64,000 nt of DNA from an uncultured Candidatus Rokubacteria bacterium (GTDB taxonomy: Bacteria > Methylomirabilota > Methylomirabilia > Rokubacteriales > DASRDR01), in contig CAWDVE010000019.1 in the NCBI GenBank assembly GCA_963805625.1, positions 384,001-448,000 of the forward strand, written 5' to 3'. Below are positions 9,917-19,667 of the stretch, piece after piece. The notes under the pieces are model-generated. The model was given only the letters and a program-made list of their open reading frames with translations. It was not told the origin of the DNA and ran no database searches. Position 1 is the stretch's first letter; every line of letters starts with the position of its first letter. The position numbers and the translations under genes were made by a program.

Positions 9917-10124
9917 CGAGCGGTGCGCCGATGGGAGCGCTCACGACTCCAGTGCCGGCCGCGATGCCGGGTGAACATGACGAGGCGGTGCGATCGCTGA
10001 GTCGCCGCGCCAAACCAGGATTGAGAAGACCCAGGAGAGGCCACGGGGTGATGGCTTCAGCGAGACCATGGGAGATCGCACCACGCGGCCGGCCGACCGG
10101 TCGACGTATCGCGTAGAATTAGGC

Positions 10125-11258
10125 ATGCCGCGCATCCCGATCGAACCGCAATTCACCATCGAGTATCTGTCGATTCTTGATGCCGATGGCCGGCTCGACG
10201 AGGCTCTTGCACCGCACCTCGCACCGGACGACCTGAAGCGCCTCCACCGGGCCATGCTGCTCGGCCGTCGCCTCGACGAGCGAATGCTTCGGTTGCAGCG
10301 CCAGGGGCGCATCGGCACGTTCGCCCCGATCAAGGGCCAGGAAGCCTCGCAGCTCGGGAGTGCGTTCTGCCTACGTCCGACGGACTGGATGGTGCCGTCG
10401 TTTCGCGAGACGGCGGCCATGGTGTGGCGAGGCTGGCCAATCGAGAAGCTCCTGCTGTTCTTCTCGGGCTACCTCGAAGGCGGTCAGCCCGCTCCGGACC
10501 AGCGGGACCTGCCCATCACGATCCCGGTGGCGACTCAGCTGCCTCATGCCGTGGGGCTCGCCTACGCGGCACAGTACCGGGCCGATCCGGCGGTCGTCAT
10601 GGTCTTCTTCGGTGACGGGGCGACGTCGGAGGGGGATTTCCACGAAGCCCTCAACTTTGCGGGCGTCTGGCAGGTACCCGTCGTCTTCGTCTGCCAGAAC
10701 AATCAGTGGGCCATCTCGGTTCCGCTGAAGAAGCAGACACACTCTCGCACGCTCGCGAGCAAGGCCCTGGCGTACGGCCTCCCCGGCATCCAAGTGGACG
10801 GCAATGACATCCTGGCCGTGGTGGCCGCGAATCGCGAGGCAGTCGAGCGGGCGCGAGCTGGAGGTGGGCCGACGCTCATCGAATGCGTGACCTACCGGCT
10901 TGGTGTCCACACGACGGCCGACGACCCGACCCGATATCGCTCGGCCGAGGAGCTCGCCGCCTGGGAGCGCAAGGACCCGTTGACGCGCTTCACGGCGTAC
11001 ATCCGGGCGCGAGGGCTCCTCGACGAGAGACTGGAGCAAGAGATCGACGCCGAGATCGCGGCGGCCGTTGAGCGCTTCGAGGCGGCGCCGCCCCCCGATC
11101 CTCTCCGGATGTTCGACCACGCCTACGGGCAGCTGCCGCTGGATCTTCAGCGTCAGCGCGCGGCGATGGCGGAGCGGCTAGGTGACAGCCGCCAGCCGCC
11201 TCCGGTCGAGGGACTCCGATCACCGCCGATGCGAGGCCAGCGGACGCCGCGGCCATGA
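10125..11258 (+). CDS. pdhA: Pyruvate/2-oxoacid dehydrogenase E1 alpha
   Basis: LQRQGRIG, GQEA, TPP motif GDGATSEGDFHEALN..NN, HTTADDP. Confidence 0.93.
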   Translation: MPRIPIEPQFTIEYLSILDADGRLDEALAPHLAPDDLKRLHRAMLLGRRLDERMLRLQRQGRIGTFAPIKGQEASQLGSAFCLRPTDWMVPSFRETAAMVWRGWPIEKLLLFFSGYLEGGQPAPDQRDLPITIPVATQLPHAVGLAYAAQYRADPAVVMVFFGDGATSEGDFHEALNFAGVWQVPVVFVCQNNQWAISVPLKKQTHSRTLASKALAYGLPGIQVDGNDILAVVAANREAVERARAGGGPTLIECVTYRLGVHTTADDPTRYRSAEELAAWERKDPLTRFTAYIRARGLLDERLEQEIDAEIAAAVERFEAAPPPDPLRMFDHAYGQLPLDLQRQRAAMAERLGDSRQPPPVEGLRSPPMRGQRTPRP

Positions 11259-12235
11259 GCAAGCTCAGCATGGTCAAGGCGCTGAACCTGGCGCTGCGCC
11301 AGGAGATGGAGCGCGATTCGGACGTGCTGATCATCGGTGAGGACGTCGGGATCGACGGCGGCGTCTTTCGGGTGACCGACGGGCTCCACGCCGCGTTCGG
11401 GTCGAAGCGCGTGATGGACAGCCCCCTGGCCGAGTCGGCGATCATTGGCGTGTCGATCGGGATGGCGCTCTACGGACTCAAGCCCGTCTGCGAGATCCAG
11501 TTCTCGGGGTTCGGCTTCCAGTGCTTCCATCAGATCGAGAATCACGCCGCACGCTACCGCATGCGATCCCAGGGACGCTTCGCCGTGTCCATGGTGGTCC
11601 GGATGCCGTACGGCGGCGGGGTTCGGGCGCTGGAGCACCACTCGGAGTCGGAAGAGCAGTTCTACGCGCACATCCCCGGGCTCACGATGGTGATCCCGTC
11701 CGGCCCGCGGAACGCGCGAGCGCTCCTGGTGAGCGCGCTCCGCCATCCCGACCCCGTGGTGTTCTTCGAGCCGAAAGCGCTCTACCACGCGGCCAGTGAA
11801 GAGGTGCCCGACGAGAGTGAGGCGTTTCCTCTCGGCCGCGCGCAGGTGCTGCGCGAAGGCCGCGCCCTGACGCTCGTCGCCTACGGCGCCATGGTCCGCG
11901 TGGTCCTCGAGGTCGCGGATCGGCTCCGGGCGGAGGACGGCGTGGAGGCCGAGGTGGTCGACCTGCTGACGCTGTCGCCCCTGGACCGGGAGACCCTGGC
12001 GAGCTCTGTCAGCAAGACAGGGCGGGCGGTGGTGGTCCATGAGGCCCCGAAGAGCTTTGGTCCCGGTGCCGAGATCGCCACGTCGATTATGGAAGGGGCC
12101 TTTCTGTCGCTCCAGGCGCCCATCGCGCGCGTTACGGGGCACGACGTGCCCTTCGTCGGGTTCGCGCGCGAGCAAGCGAACCTTCCCGGCGTGGCTCGCG
12201 TGCTGGCGGCCGCCCGGGAAACGCTGGCGTTCTAG
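11255..12235 (+). CDS. pdhB: Pyruvate/2-oxoacid dehydrogenase E1 beta
   Basis: GEDVG..GGVFRVT, PLAESAIIG, EIQF, EHHSES, FFEPK. Confidence 0.93.
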   Translation: MSKLSMVKALNLALRQEMERDSDVLIIGEDVGIDGGVFRVTDGLHAAFGSKRVMDSPLAESAIIGVSIGMALYGLKPVCEIQFSGFGFQCFHQIENHAARYRMRSQGRFAVSMVVRMPYGGGVRALEHHSESEEQFYAHIPGLTMVIPSGPRNARALLVSALRHPDPVVFFEPKALYHAASEEVPDESEAFPLGRAQVLREGRALTLVAYGAMVRVVLEVADRLRAEDGVEAEVVDLLTLSPLDRETLASSVSKTGRAVVVHEAPKSFGPGAEIATSIMEGAFLSLQAPIARVTGHDVPFVGFAREQANLPGVARVLAAARETLAF

Positions 12236-12248
12236 GAGGAGGGAGGCC

Positions 12249-12395
12249 ATGTCACCGGGGAAGCCCGAAGTCGCGCAGGTCTTGCGAATGCTCGACTGGA
12301 TGCGCGCCGAACGGATTTGGCCGAATGGGCCGCGGTACGATCGCAATGCCGTCACGCACGTGATGGCGTGCTCGCCCTGTTTCCGGGGAAGCTGA
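12249..12395 (+). pseudogene. Truncated 5' remnant of a conserved hypothetical gene
   Basis: Strong RBS, MSPGKPEVAQVLRMLDWMRAERIWPNGPRY then loss of coding character; recalled similarity to proteins continuing RYLWTDAF (unverified). Confidence 0.45.
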
Positions 12396-12513
12396 TCCGG
12401 CGAGGCGGCGGGTGACGGGGCGACGCGGGCTCTCCACCCGTCTGGGGATTCGCACCCCAGCCGAACGTTGCGGAGCTGGCGGACGGAGGGCCACGGTTCG
12501 GCAACGAGCCCAC

Positions 12514-12529
12514 CGGTACTGCGCTTGCA
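12514..12529 (+). promoter_or_regulatory. sigma-54 promoter
   Basis: CGGTACTGCGCTTGCA, with TGGGG-N7-CCCCA at 12443-12459. Confidence 0.65.
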
Positions 12530-12566
12530 CGGCTCGAAACGCGAGCCATGACGACGGAGGAGCAGC

Positions 12567-12794
12567 ATGCAATTCTTCGCGGTCGAAGAGGAAGCCATCC
12601 ACCACGTCGGGGACGCGCAGTGCCCCGAGTGCCTCGAGGAGTACCCCGAGAGTTGCGCATGCGGCGGCCTGATCCATGCCGAGAACGGAGGCCCTGACGA
12701 CGAGGACGGAAACCCGGGCCTCCGGACGCGGTGCGACCAGTGTCGGCGTTCGCAAGAGGACGTCGAGGAGGATCTGGGCCGCGAGCCCGCGTAG
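12567..12794 (+). CDS. Small acidic Cys/His-rich putative metal-binding protein
   Basis: GGAGGAG RBS; HH..CPEC..CAC..H..CDQC. Confidence 0.75.
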   Translation: MQFFAVEEEAIHHVGDAQCPECLEEYPESCACGGLIHAENGGPDDEDGNPGLRTRCDQCRRSQEDVEEDLGREPA

Positions 12795-12850
12795 CGAGGC
12801 GACCACGGGCGCCGACTTGGTGGATCCTCGTCTGTCGACCTCGTCGCCCA

Positions 12851-13339
12851 ATGCCCGGAAAGCGTAGCGCGGGCCTTCTGGTCTATCGACGCCGCTCGGG
12901 CGCTTGCGAAGTGTTCCTGGTGCACCCGGGAGGGCCCTTCTGGCAGTCCAGGGACTTGGGGGCTTGGTCCATTCCCAAGGGCGAGTTCACGCCCGATGAG
13001 GACCCTCTCGGCGCGGCCCGGCGGGAGTTTGTCGAGGAGACCGGCGTCGAGATGTCGGGTGACTTCCTGTCGCTGGCGCCAATCAGGCAACCCAGCGGCA
13101 AGACCATCGATGTCTGGGCAGTCGAGGGAGACTGTGACCCCACGACGATCAAGAGCAACACGTTCGCGGCGGAGTGGCCGCCGCGCTCGGGCCACGTGCG
13201 GGAGTTCCCGGAGGTTGACCGCGCGGCGTGGTTCGGGATTGACGAGGCTCGAGAGCGGATCACCAAGGGACAGCGCGGCTTCCTGGATCAACTGCGTGCG
13301 CTTCTTGGCGGGGAGTCGGGCCCGAAGGCCCGCGAGTAG
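12851..13339 (+). CDS. NUDIX hydrolase (COG4119-like)
   Basis: SAGLLVYR, LVHPGGPFW, WSIPKGE..AARREFVEETG, EWPPRSG..FPEVDR. Confidence 0.92.
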   Translation: MPGKRSAGLLVYRRRSGACEVFLVHPGGPFWQSRDLGAWSIPKGEFTPDEDPLGAARREFVEETGVEMSGDFLSLAPIRQPSGKTIDVWAVEGDCDPTTIKSNTFAAEWPPRSGHVREFPEVDRAAWFGIDEARERITKGQRGFLDQLRALLGGESGPKARE

Positions 13340-13422
13340 ACTCGGTCGCGGCACTGGCGGCACCTTGCCGAAGGACTCGGCGGGTGGGAGAGCCGCGCAG
13401 CCTCGCGTGAGGCATCGTCGGT

Positions 13423-14919
13423 TCAAGGCAGCCAGTGTTGCGAGTGGAGCAAAGCCAGGTAGGGTAGTCCGATGCCCAGCAGGGTTGTGAGATACAGGGT
13501 GCCGAAGACGGCCCCGAACGTCCAGAACTCTCGATGGCTGATGTAGCCACTTCCGTAGTAGAGCGGCGCCGACCCGGTGGCGTACGGCGTGAGGATCCCC
13601 ATGAGTCCGAGGGAGTACGACAACAGCAGGGAGACGAGCGGAACCGGCAGGCCCGGCAGGGCCATGACGGCAGTCAGAAACACTGGGAGCATCGCTGTCG
13701 CGTGTGCCGTGAGGCTCGCGAACAGGTAGTGCGAGACGAAGAAGACGACCACGAGGAGGGCGACTGTCGCCGTGCCGGACAGGGGCCCCAGCGCACCTGA
13801 TGCGGTCGCCGCGAACCAGGGCAGGAATCCGACCCGGCTCAGCCCGTTCGCCAGCGTGATGAGGGTGGCGAACCAGATCAAGTTGCTCCACGCCCGCCTG
13901 TAGCCTAGAAAGTCGTCCCAGGCGATCACGCCACTCAGAACCATGAGGCAGAGCGTGAGCAGCGCGACGGCCGTCGCGGTCATCCACCGTCCACCGAAGA
14001 TCCACAGCGACAGGGCCAGGAGCGCCAGGAGCGCCATCATCGTCTCGCGGCGCGTGAGCGGGCCGAGTCGCACGAGCTCCTGGTGTGCCCACTTCGGGAC
14101 GTCGGCACTCACTCTGACAATTGGTGGATAGATCCGGTAGATGAGGAATGGCTGAAGGATGAAGAGGACGAACCCGATCGGCAGGAAGCCGAGGAACCAG
14201 CCGACCCACGTCACCTGGACGCCGGCGATCTGGTTCATCAGGCTGATGGCGAGGAGGTTCGGGGCGAGTGCGGTCACGAACATCGAGCTCGTGACGCACG
14301 TCGTGGCGAAGGCCGTCCACATGACGTACGCGCCGATGCGGTGCGCTGTGGCACCCGGGGTGGATCCGTAGAGGGCGGGAATGCCTTCGATGATCGGGAA
14401 GACGATTCCGCCGCTGCGCGCAGTGTTCGAGGGAACGAACGGTGCCAGCGCGAGGTCGGTCAACGCGATCGCGTACCCAAGCCCGAGCGTGCGGCCGCCG
14501 AGTGCCCGCACCAGGAGCAGGGCGAGGCGCCGCCCCAGGCCGGTCTTCTGGTAACCCAGCGCGAACATGAACGCGACGAACATGAGCCATACCGTGCTGT
14601 CCGCGAAGCCGGTGAGGGCCCATTGCATCGATTCGACGGGTGTCGGAGCGACGAGCCGGAGAATCGAGGCCGCGGTGATGCCGATCAAGCCCGCCGCGGG
14701 ACCGGGGAGCGGCTCGGTCACGAGCGTCGCGATGACCGTCACGAACAGGGCGAAATAGTACCAGGCATTGACCGTCAGCCCGGCAGGGATGGGCAGCGAG
14801 ACCACGGCGAGTCCCAGCGATACTGGCAGCAGCGCCCGCCAGCTCGCACGGAGCACGGTTCGAAGTCGACGAGGGCGGTTACTGCGGCCGGGCACTTTCC
14901 GTGCCCCGACGCGACTCAT
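13423..14919 (-). CDS. DASS-family anion antiporter (CitT/TtdT-like)
   Basis: GYQKTGLGRRLA, PSNTARSGG, TSSMFVTALAPN, HYLFASLTAH, TPYATG. Confidence 0.9.
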   Translation of the reverse strand: MSRVGARKVPGRSNRPRRLRTVLRASWRALLPVSLGLAVVSLPIPAGLTVNAWYYFALFVTVIATLVTEPLPGPAAGLIGITAASILRLVAPTPVESMQWALTGFADSTVWLMFVAFMFALGYQKTGLGRRLALLLVRALGGRTLGLGYAIALTDLALAPFVPSNTARSGGIVFPIIEGIPALYGSTPGATAHRIGAYVMWTAFATTCVTSSMFVTALAPNLLAISLMNQIAGVQVTWVGWFLGFLPIGFVLFILQPFLIYRIYPPIVRVSADVPKWAHQELVRLGPLTRRETMMALLALLALSLWIFGGRWMTATAVALLTLCLMVLSGVIAWDDFLGYRRAWSNLIWFATLITLANGLSRVGFLPWFAATASGALGPLSGTATVALLVVVFFVSHYLFASLTAHATAMLPVFLTAVMALPGLPVPLVSLLLSYSLGLMGILTPYATGSAPLYYGSGYISHREFWTFGAVFGTLYLTTLLGIGLPYLALLHSQHWLP

Positions 14920-15315
14920 CACGCACGCTGCTCGGGTGGGAGAGCCAGCCATGCATCGTGAACAGCCTCGAGTGCGGCAGGGACCCGGATGGACAGTGAC
15001 GGCGTGGCGACGAGACCCAGGGGCACAAGTCCCCGCTATGATAGCCGATGGCAGGAGACCGTCCGGCCGGATCCGGTGGATGACCCCGACCGTGGCACGT
15101 CGGGCGCCCGAGGGCCGGCCGCCTCCGCGGCGGCCTTTCCAGGAGTGTCGTCCTCGGGTACGCTGCCCCGAGTCTCGAGGTGGTAGGACACGTGTGCCCC
15201 GTCTCAGCGTCGCAGGCCCCCGTTGGAGGCTCACGACCCTCTCCGTGCCACCGAGCCGCAGGGCCATCGCGGCGCCTGAGTATCGGTCGAAGAGATGAGA
15301 GATGCGGACGCGGTC

Positions 15316-15586
15316 ATGCAGCCGACGCTGCTCATCGCGATTGGCGGGAACGCCCTGCTCAAAGGTTACGTGTGATGACGTGCGCCGCTGCGCGGCTGCC
15401 GGTCACTTCCCACCGGGGACGATGGGGCCGAAGGTGGAGGCGGCTATTCGGTTCGTCGAGGCGGGCGGCAGCGAGGCGATCATCACCACGTACGATGCGC
15501 TCGGGGCCGCCGTCGCTGGCCGATGTGGCACGCATGTCGAGGCCGTGACCACGGGACGCCGCGGCGGACGGCTTCGGCTGCCTTGA
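15316..15586 (+). pseudogene. arcC: Carbamate kinase remnant with large internal deletion
   Basis: N-terminus MQPTLLIAIGGNALL joined out of frame to C-terminus GHFPPGTMGPKVEAAIRFVEAGG..GTH. Confidence 0.85.
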
Positions 15587-15739
15587 GAGATGACATCGGC
15601 AGCCCGCGCCCCGGTTGGGTCGGGACACGGAACGCCTCGGGTTGGTCAGAGGAGCCGAGCGGGACTGCCCTGGACAGGGCCCTCCGGTATCCAAGCCTCT
15701 GGCCACTGAGGCCGTGCCAACGGCGAGCGGTCTTAGGGT

Positions 15740-15777
15740 TGGGGTGGTCGCGCCTCGGGTGGGTAGTCCGGACCCCG
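15740..15777. promoter_or_regulatory. Tandem candidate activator sites
   Basis: TGGGG-TGGTCGCG-CCTCG (15740-15757) and TGGGT-AGTCCGGA-CCCCG (15760-15777). Confidence 0.45.
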
Positions 15778-15830
15778 GCACGTGTGGCGACAGGGATGAG
15801 CTCGGCATTGGAGACGGGAGGTTACGTGGC

Positions 15831-15846
15831 TGGCAGCGCCATTGCA
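15831..15846 (+). promoter_or_regulatory. sigma-54 promoter of exporter operon
   Basis: TGGCAGCGCCATTGCA. Confidence 0.7.
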
Positions 15847-15860
15847 AACTGACCGCGTCG

Positions 15861-17273
15861 ATGGAGAGGACTGAGATCAGAACTCGTCGCCGCTGGATCG
15901 TGTCCCTCGCCGTGCTGGGAGTCCTGGCCGTCGGACTCGGCATCTGGTGGTGGCAGCGGGCGAAGGACGTGTCAGTCACCCGGCCAGTGCTCGCGAGCAT
16001 CACCGAATCGATCGCCAGTAGCGGGCGGGTCCGCGGCGTGACCGAGACCTTGGCGGGCGCGCAGGCCGCTGGCGTCGTCGAGCGGCTATTCGTGCGTGAG
16101 GGTGACCGCGTGTCGGCCGGCCAGCGACTCGCCATCCTGAAGAACGACGTGGCCGAGGCACGGGCGGCGCAGGCGGAAGCGGCGCTGACGACGGCCCAGG
16201 CCACCCTGGTTCAGGTGGCGCGCGGTGCGTTGCCCTCGGATGTGGAGGCCGCGGCCGCGCAGGTCCAGCAAGCCCGGGCCCAACTCGCCCAGCAGCGGTC
16301 GTCGCTCGCCCAGGCCGAGCAGACCGTCGTTCAGGCGGAGGCCCAGTTCGCCCAGCACCAGGCCGAGCGGGAGCTGGCCGCCCGCCAGCTGGAGCGGGCC
16401 GAGCGGCTGCTCGAGCGAGGGCTCATTGCCCGGGCCGAGCACGACGAAGCCGTCACTCGGTCGCGCGTGGTGGAGCAGCAGGTCGCCGCCCAGCGGCAGG
16501 CGGTTGTCGTCGCCGAGACGGTGGTGCGTGCCTTCCGCGGGGGCGTGGCCGCCGCCGAGGCCAACGTCGCGGTTCAGGAGGCACGTCTGCGGACCCTGGA
16601 GGTCGGCGCGCGACCGGAGGACGTCGCGATCGCCCGGGAGCGGATACGGGAAGCCGAGCGGGCCCTTGCCGTGGCTCGTCGCCAGGCGCAGGAGGCGGTC
16701 GTGGTGGCGCCCTTTGGTGGCGTCGTGACCGCGATCAACGCCGAAGTGGGTCAGACGGTCGGGTCCCAGGGTGTGCTGCAGCTGGTCAGCACCGAGATGG
16801 AGATCCGTGTGGAGGTCGACGAGGCTAACCTCGCGGATCTGGCGCTGGGCCAGGCCGCGGTCGTGTCCTCCAGCACGTTTCCCGGCTCCACCTTCGCGGG
16901 ATCCGTCCGTGAGATCGCGGCGGCGGTCGACCAGACGCGCGGAACCGTGACGGTGACGGTCGCCCCGATCAAGCCGCCGGCCTGGTTACGCCCCGGCCAG
17001 ACAGTCAACGTCAACGTCGTGACCAATCCAGCCGCGCAGCGACTCCTGGTGCCGGCGGCGGCGCTTCGTCGCGTCGGCGACCGGACCGTGGTCCTGGTTG
17101 TGCGGGACGACCGTGCCGTCGAGAGAGTGGTTCAGACGCGGCCACCGACGAAGGACGGCGTCCCGGTGGTGGCTGGGCTCGACGCCGACGACCGCCTGAT
17201 CACCAATCCGGCCGCGATCCAGCCCGGAGACCGTCTCAGGATTCGGTCTTCGCCTGGGCGAGGGGAGCCGTGA
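15861..17273 (+). CDS. Periplasmic adaptor (HlyD/MacA-type) with long alpha-hairpin
   Basis: N-terminal TM, lipoyl halves GVVERLFVREGDRV / APFGGVV, long coiled coil. Confidence 0.9.
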   Translation: MERTEIRTRRRWIVSLAVLGVLAVGLGIWWWQRAKDVSVTRPVLASITESIASSGRVRGVTETLAGAQAAGVVERLFVREGDRVSAGQRLAILKNDVAEARAAQAEAALTTAQATLVQVARGALPSDVEAAAAQVQQARAQLAQQRSSLAQAEQTVVQAEAQFAQHQAERELAARQLERAERLLERGLIARAEHDEAVTRSRVVEQQVAAQRQAVVVAETVVRAFRGGVAAAEANVAVQEARLRTLEVGARPEDVAIARERIREAERALAVARRQAQEAVVVAPFGGVVTAINAEVGQTVGSQGVLQLVSTEMEIRVEVDEANLADLALGQAAVVSSSTFPGSTFAGSVREIAAAVDQTRGTVTVTVAPIKPPAWLRPGQTVNVNVVTNPAAQRLLVPAAALRRVGDRTVVLVVRDDRAVERVVQTRPPTKDGVPVVAGLDADDRLITNPAAIQPGDRLRIRSSPGRGEP

Positions 17274-18535
17274 GTCCGGGACCGTCCCGGGCGCGCCGCC
17301 GGGGACTGGGCTTCGAGATCCAGGTGGCCATGCGCCACCTTCGATCCGGAGGCGGCCAGACCTGGCTGACGATGAGCGCGGTCGCCGCCGCGGTGATCAT
17401 CGTGATCTTCATCACGGGGCTGATCTTCGGGCTGGAGCAGAAGCTGACCGCCCTCCTGACCGAGGCGATCCCGCACGTGACGGTCCGCGTCGCGGACCCG
17501 AAGCCGACCCCACTGGCGGAGGTTCCGGGCGCGCCGCCGGGGCCGAGCTCGAGCCGCCTCGAACAGCTGGCTCCCCAGCAGAAGGACATCGACGACTGGC
17601 CGCGGGTGGCCCAGACGATCCGGGCCGTGCCGGGCGTGGTTCTCGTCGATCCCGTGGTCCGCCAGCAGGGATTCGTCTCCAAGGGCGGCCACGCGGTCGG
17701 GGTCGGCGTGGTCGGGGCGGACCCGGCGCTCCAGGACGAGGTCACCCCGATCTCGAAGTACATGGTGGCGGGCCGGTACCACGGGCTCGCCAGCGACGAG
17801 ATCGTCGTGGACACCGAACTGGCGGGGGACCTGAACCTGACGCTCGGTGAGCGCGTCCGGCTGATGTCGAACACGGGCGCCTCCGATGCCTTCACGGTCG
17901 CGGGGATCTACAGCCGGGGACAGGGACGCGGCGACGCCTACATCACCCTCCGGACGGCCCAGAGCCTCTTCGGGCTGGGGACCGCGGTGAACGTCGTCTT
18001 CGTGAAGCTCCGGGACATCTATGGTGCGGACCAGATCGCGGACCAGATCATGGGTCTCGTGCCGTACGAGGCGAAGTCATGGTCCCGCGAGTTTCCGATC
18101 TTCAAAGACCGTCTACGGGCGCAGAGCGCGACCGCGTATCTCATCTCGGGGTTCAGTCTGGTCGCCTCGTCATTCGCCATCGCCTCGGTGCTGATCGTCT
18201 CGGTGCTCCAGAAGTCCAAGCAGATCGGCATCCTCAAGGCGATCGGCGCCCGGCGCCGTCAGATCCTCCGTATCTTCATCCTCGAGGGGTTCGGGATCGC
18301 GCTGGCGGGGAGCACGGCGGGGGGGACGATCGGCACGCTGATCGTCTACGTCCTCGGACGGATCGAGCAGCCCGCGTACCGGCCCGGCCAGCCACCGGAG
18401 CAGTTCTTCCCGGCGGCGGTCCTGCCCGCCTACATCGGCCTGGCCGTGGGCGCCGCGATCGTCGCGACCGTCCTGGCGGCCTACCTGCCGTCCCGGCGGG
18501 CGGCGGGGTTGAACCCGGTGGACGTGATGCGATGA
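17270..18535 (+). CDS. ABC transporter permease (LolE/MacB-like)
   Basis: SVLQKSKQIGILKAIGA, PSRRAAGLNPVDVMR. Confidence 0.9.
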   Translation: MSPGPSRARRRGLGFEIQVAMRHLRSGGGQTWLTMSAVAAAVIIVIFITGLIFGLEQKLTALLTEAIPHVTVRVADPKPTPLAEVPGAPPGPSSSRLEQLAPQQKDIDDWPRVAQTIRAVPGVVLVDPVVRQQGFVSKGGHAVGVGVVGADPALQDEVTPISKYMVAGRYHGLASDEIVVDTELAGDLNLTLGERVRLMSNTGASDAFTVAGIYSRGQGRGDAYITLRTAQSLFGLGTAVNVVFVKLRDIYGADQIADQIMGLVPYEAKSWSREFPIFKDRLRAQSATAYLISGFSLVASSFAIASVLIVSVLQKSKQIGILKAIGARRRQILRIFILEGFGIALAGSTAGGTIGTLIVYVLGRIEQPAYRPGQPPEQFFPAAVLPAYIGLAVGAAIVATVLAAYLPSRRAAGLNPVDVMR

Positions 18536-18770
18536 GACGTCCGGCGTCAGGTGGCACCCGAGACCGTCCACGGGCCGAAGGCCGTCCGACGGAACCCTCC
18601 TACGAGAGCGTTCGATGAAGCCGTCGGATCAAGGCCACCCGATCGGTCCCAGCCCGGAGGCCACAGACCGAAGGCTGCCCGATGAGGGTGGCCCGGCGAG
18701 CCCGGAGGGCGATCGGGCCGGGTTTCCGTCGGGCCCGGGCGAGGACGGGCGGCGGCTCCCGGGGCTGATC

Positions 18771-19571
18771 GTGATAGAGACGCGCGATCTGAGGAAGACC
18801 TATGGCGGCAAGGTACCGGTGCCGGTCCTGCACGGCGTCGATCTCGAGATCCGATCCGGTGAGTTCGTGGCGATCGTTGGGCAATCGGGGAGTGGGAAGA
18901 CGACGCTCCTCAATCTTCTCGGCGCTCTCGACACGCCCACGGGCGGGACCGTCGTGATTAATGGAGTAGACATCGGCATGCTCGACGACGATGGACTGGC
19001 CGACTTCCGGAGCGACGAGATCGGGTTCGTGTTCCAGTTCCACTACCTGCTCGACGAGTTCAGCTGTTTGGAGAACGCGCTGATGCCCATCCTCATCCGA
19101 TACGGGAGCGTCACCGACGCTCAGCGCGCGCGTGTTGTGGAACTCCTGCGTCGGGTCGGGCTCGAGGGGGAGCTGCACAAGCGACCCGGCGAGATGAGCG
19201 GTGGCCAGAACCAGCGTTGTGCGATCGTGCGGGCGCTCGCAAACGAGCCGAAGATCATCCTGGCCGACGAGCCGACCGGAAACCTTGACAGCCGCGCCGG
19301 TGAAGAGGTCTTTGCCTTGATGCGGGAGATGAGTCGGGAGCACGGAGTCGCATTCGTCATGATCACCCATGACGACCGGCTCGCTCAGGAGGCCGACCGC
19401 ATCCTGCTGATCGAGGACGGCCGCATCCTGGAACTGGCCAAGCCGCAGCACCGGGCCCGGACCGCCGGCCGGCTGTTTGGACTGGCCCCCGACGCTCCGA
19501 GTGGAGCGGCGCCCATCACGGCGGGCGGGCCGCTCCAATCGAGTCGGGCGGTCCGAGACTGCGCCGGCTAG
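18771..19571 (+). CDS. ABC ATP-binding protein (LolD-like)
   Basis: GQSGSGKT, MSGGQNQR, LADEPTGNLD; start uncertain (ORF open from 18615). Confidence 0.9.
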   Translation: MIETRDLRKTYGGKVPVPVLHGVDLEIRSGEFVAIVGQSGSGKTTLLNLLGALDTPTGGTVVINGVDIGMLDDDGLADFRSDEIGFVFQFHYLLDEFSCLENALMPILIRYGSVTDAQRARVVELLRRVGLEGELHKRPGEMSGGQNQRCAIVRALANEPKIILADEPTGNLDSRAGEEVFALMREMSREHGVAFVMITHDDRLAQEADRILLIEDGRILELAKPQHRARTAGRLFGLAPDAPSGAAPITAGGPLQSSRAVRDCAG

Positions 19572-19667
19572 CATGTGGACTCCATGGGCCGGGCTCCCGG
19601 GACCGGTCCTCGGTCAGCGGTGCCGATGCAATCCGGCGCCCGCATCGGCGCGCCCGCGCCCGGCCGA

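Noticed and set aside
11153-14623. 1156-aa minus-strand ORF and the many other long overlapping ORFs (e.g. 1486-3213, 33770-36298, 42693-45176)
   Set aside because: Shadow frames typical of ~70% GC DNA; Arg/Pro/Ala-rich with no motifs and overlapping well-supported genes
15093-15108. TGGCACGTCGGGCGCC sigma-54-like motif
   Set aside because: Poor -12 element and ~200 bp from the arcC remnant
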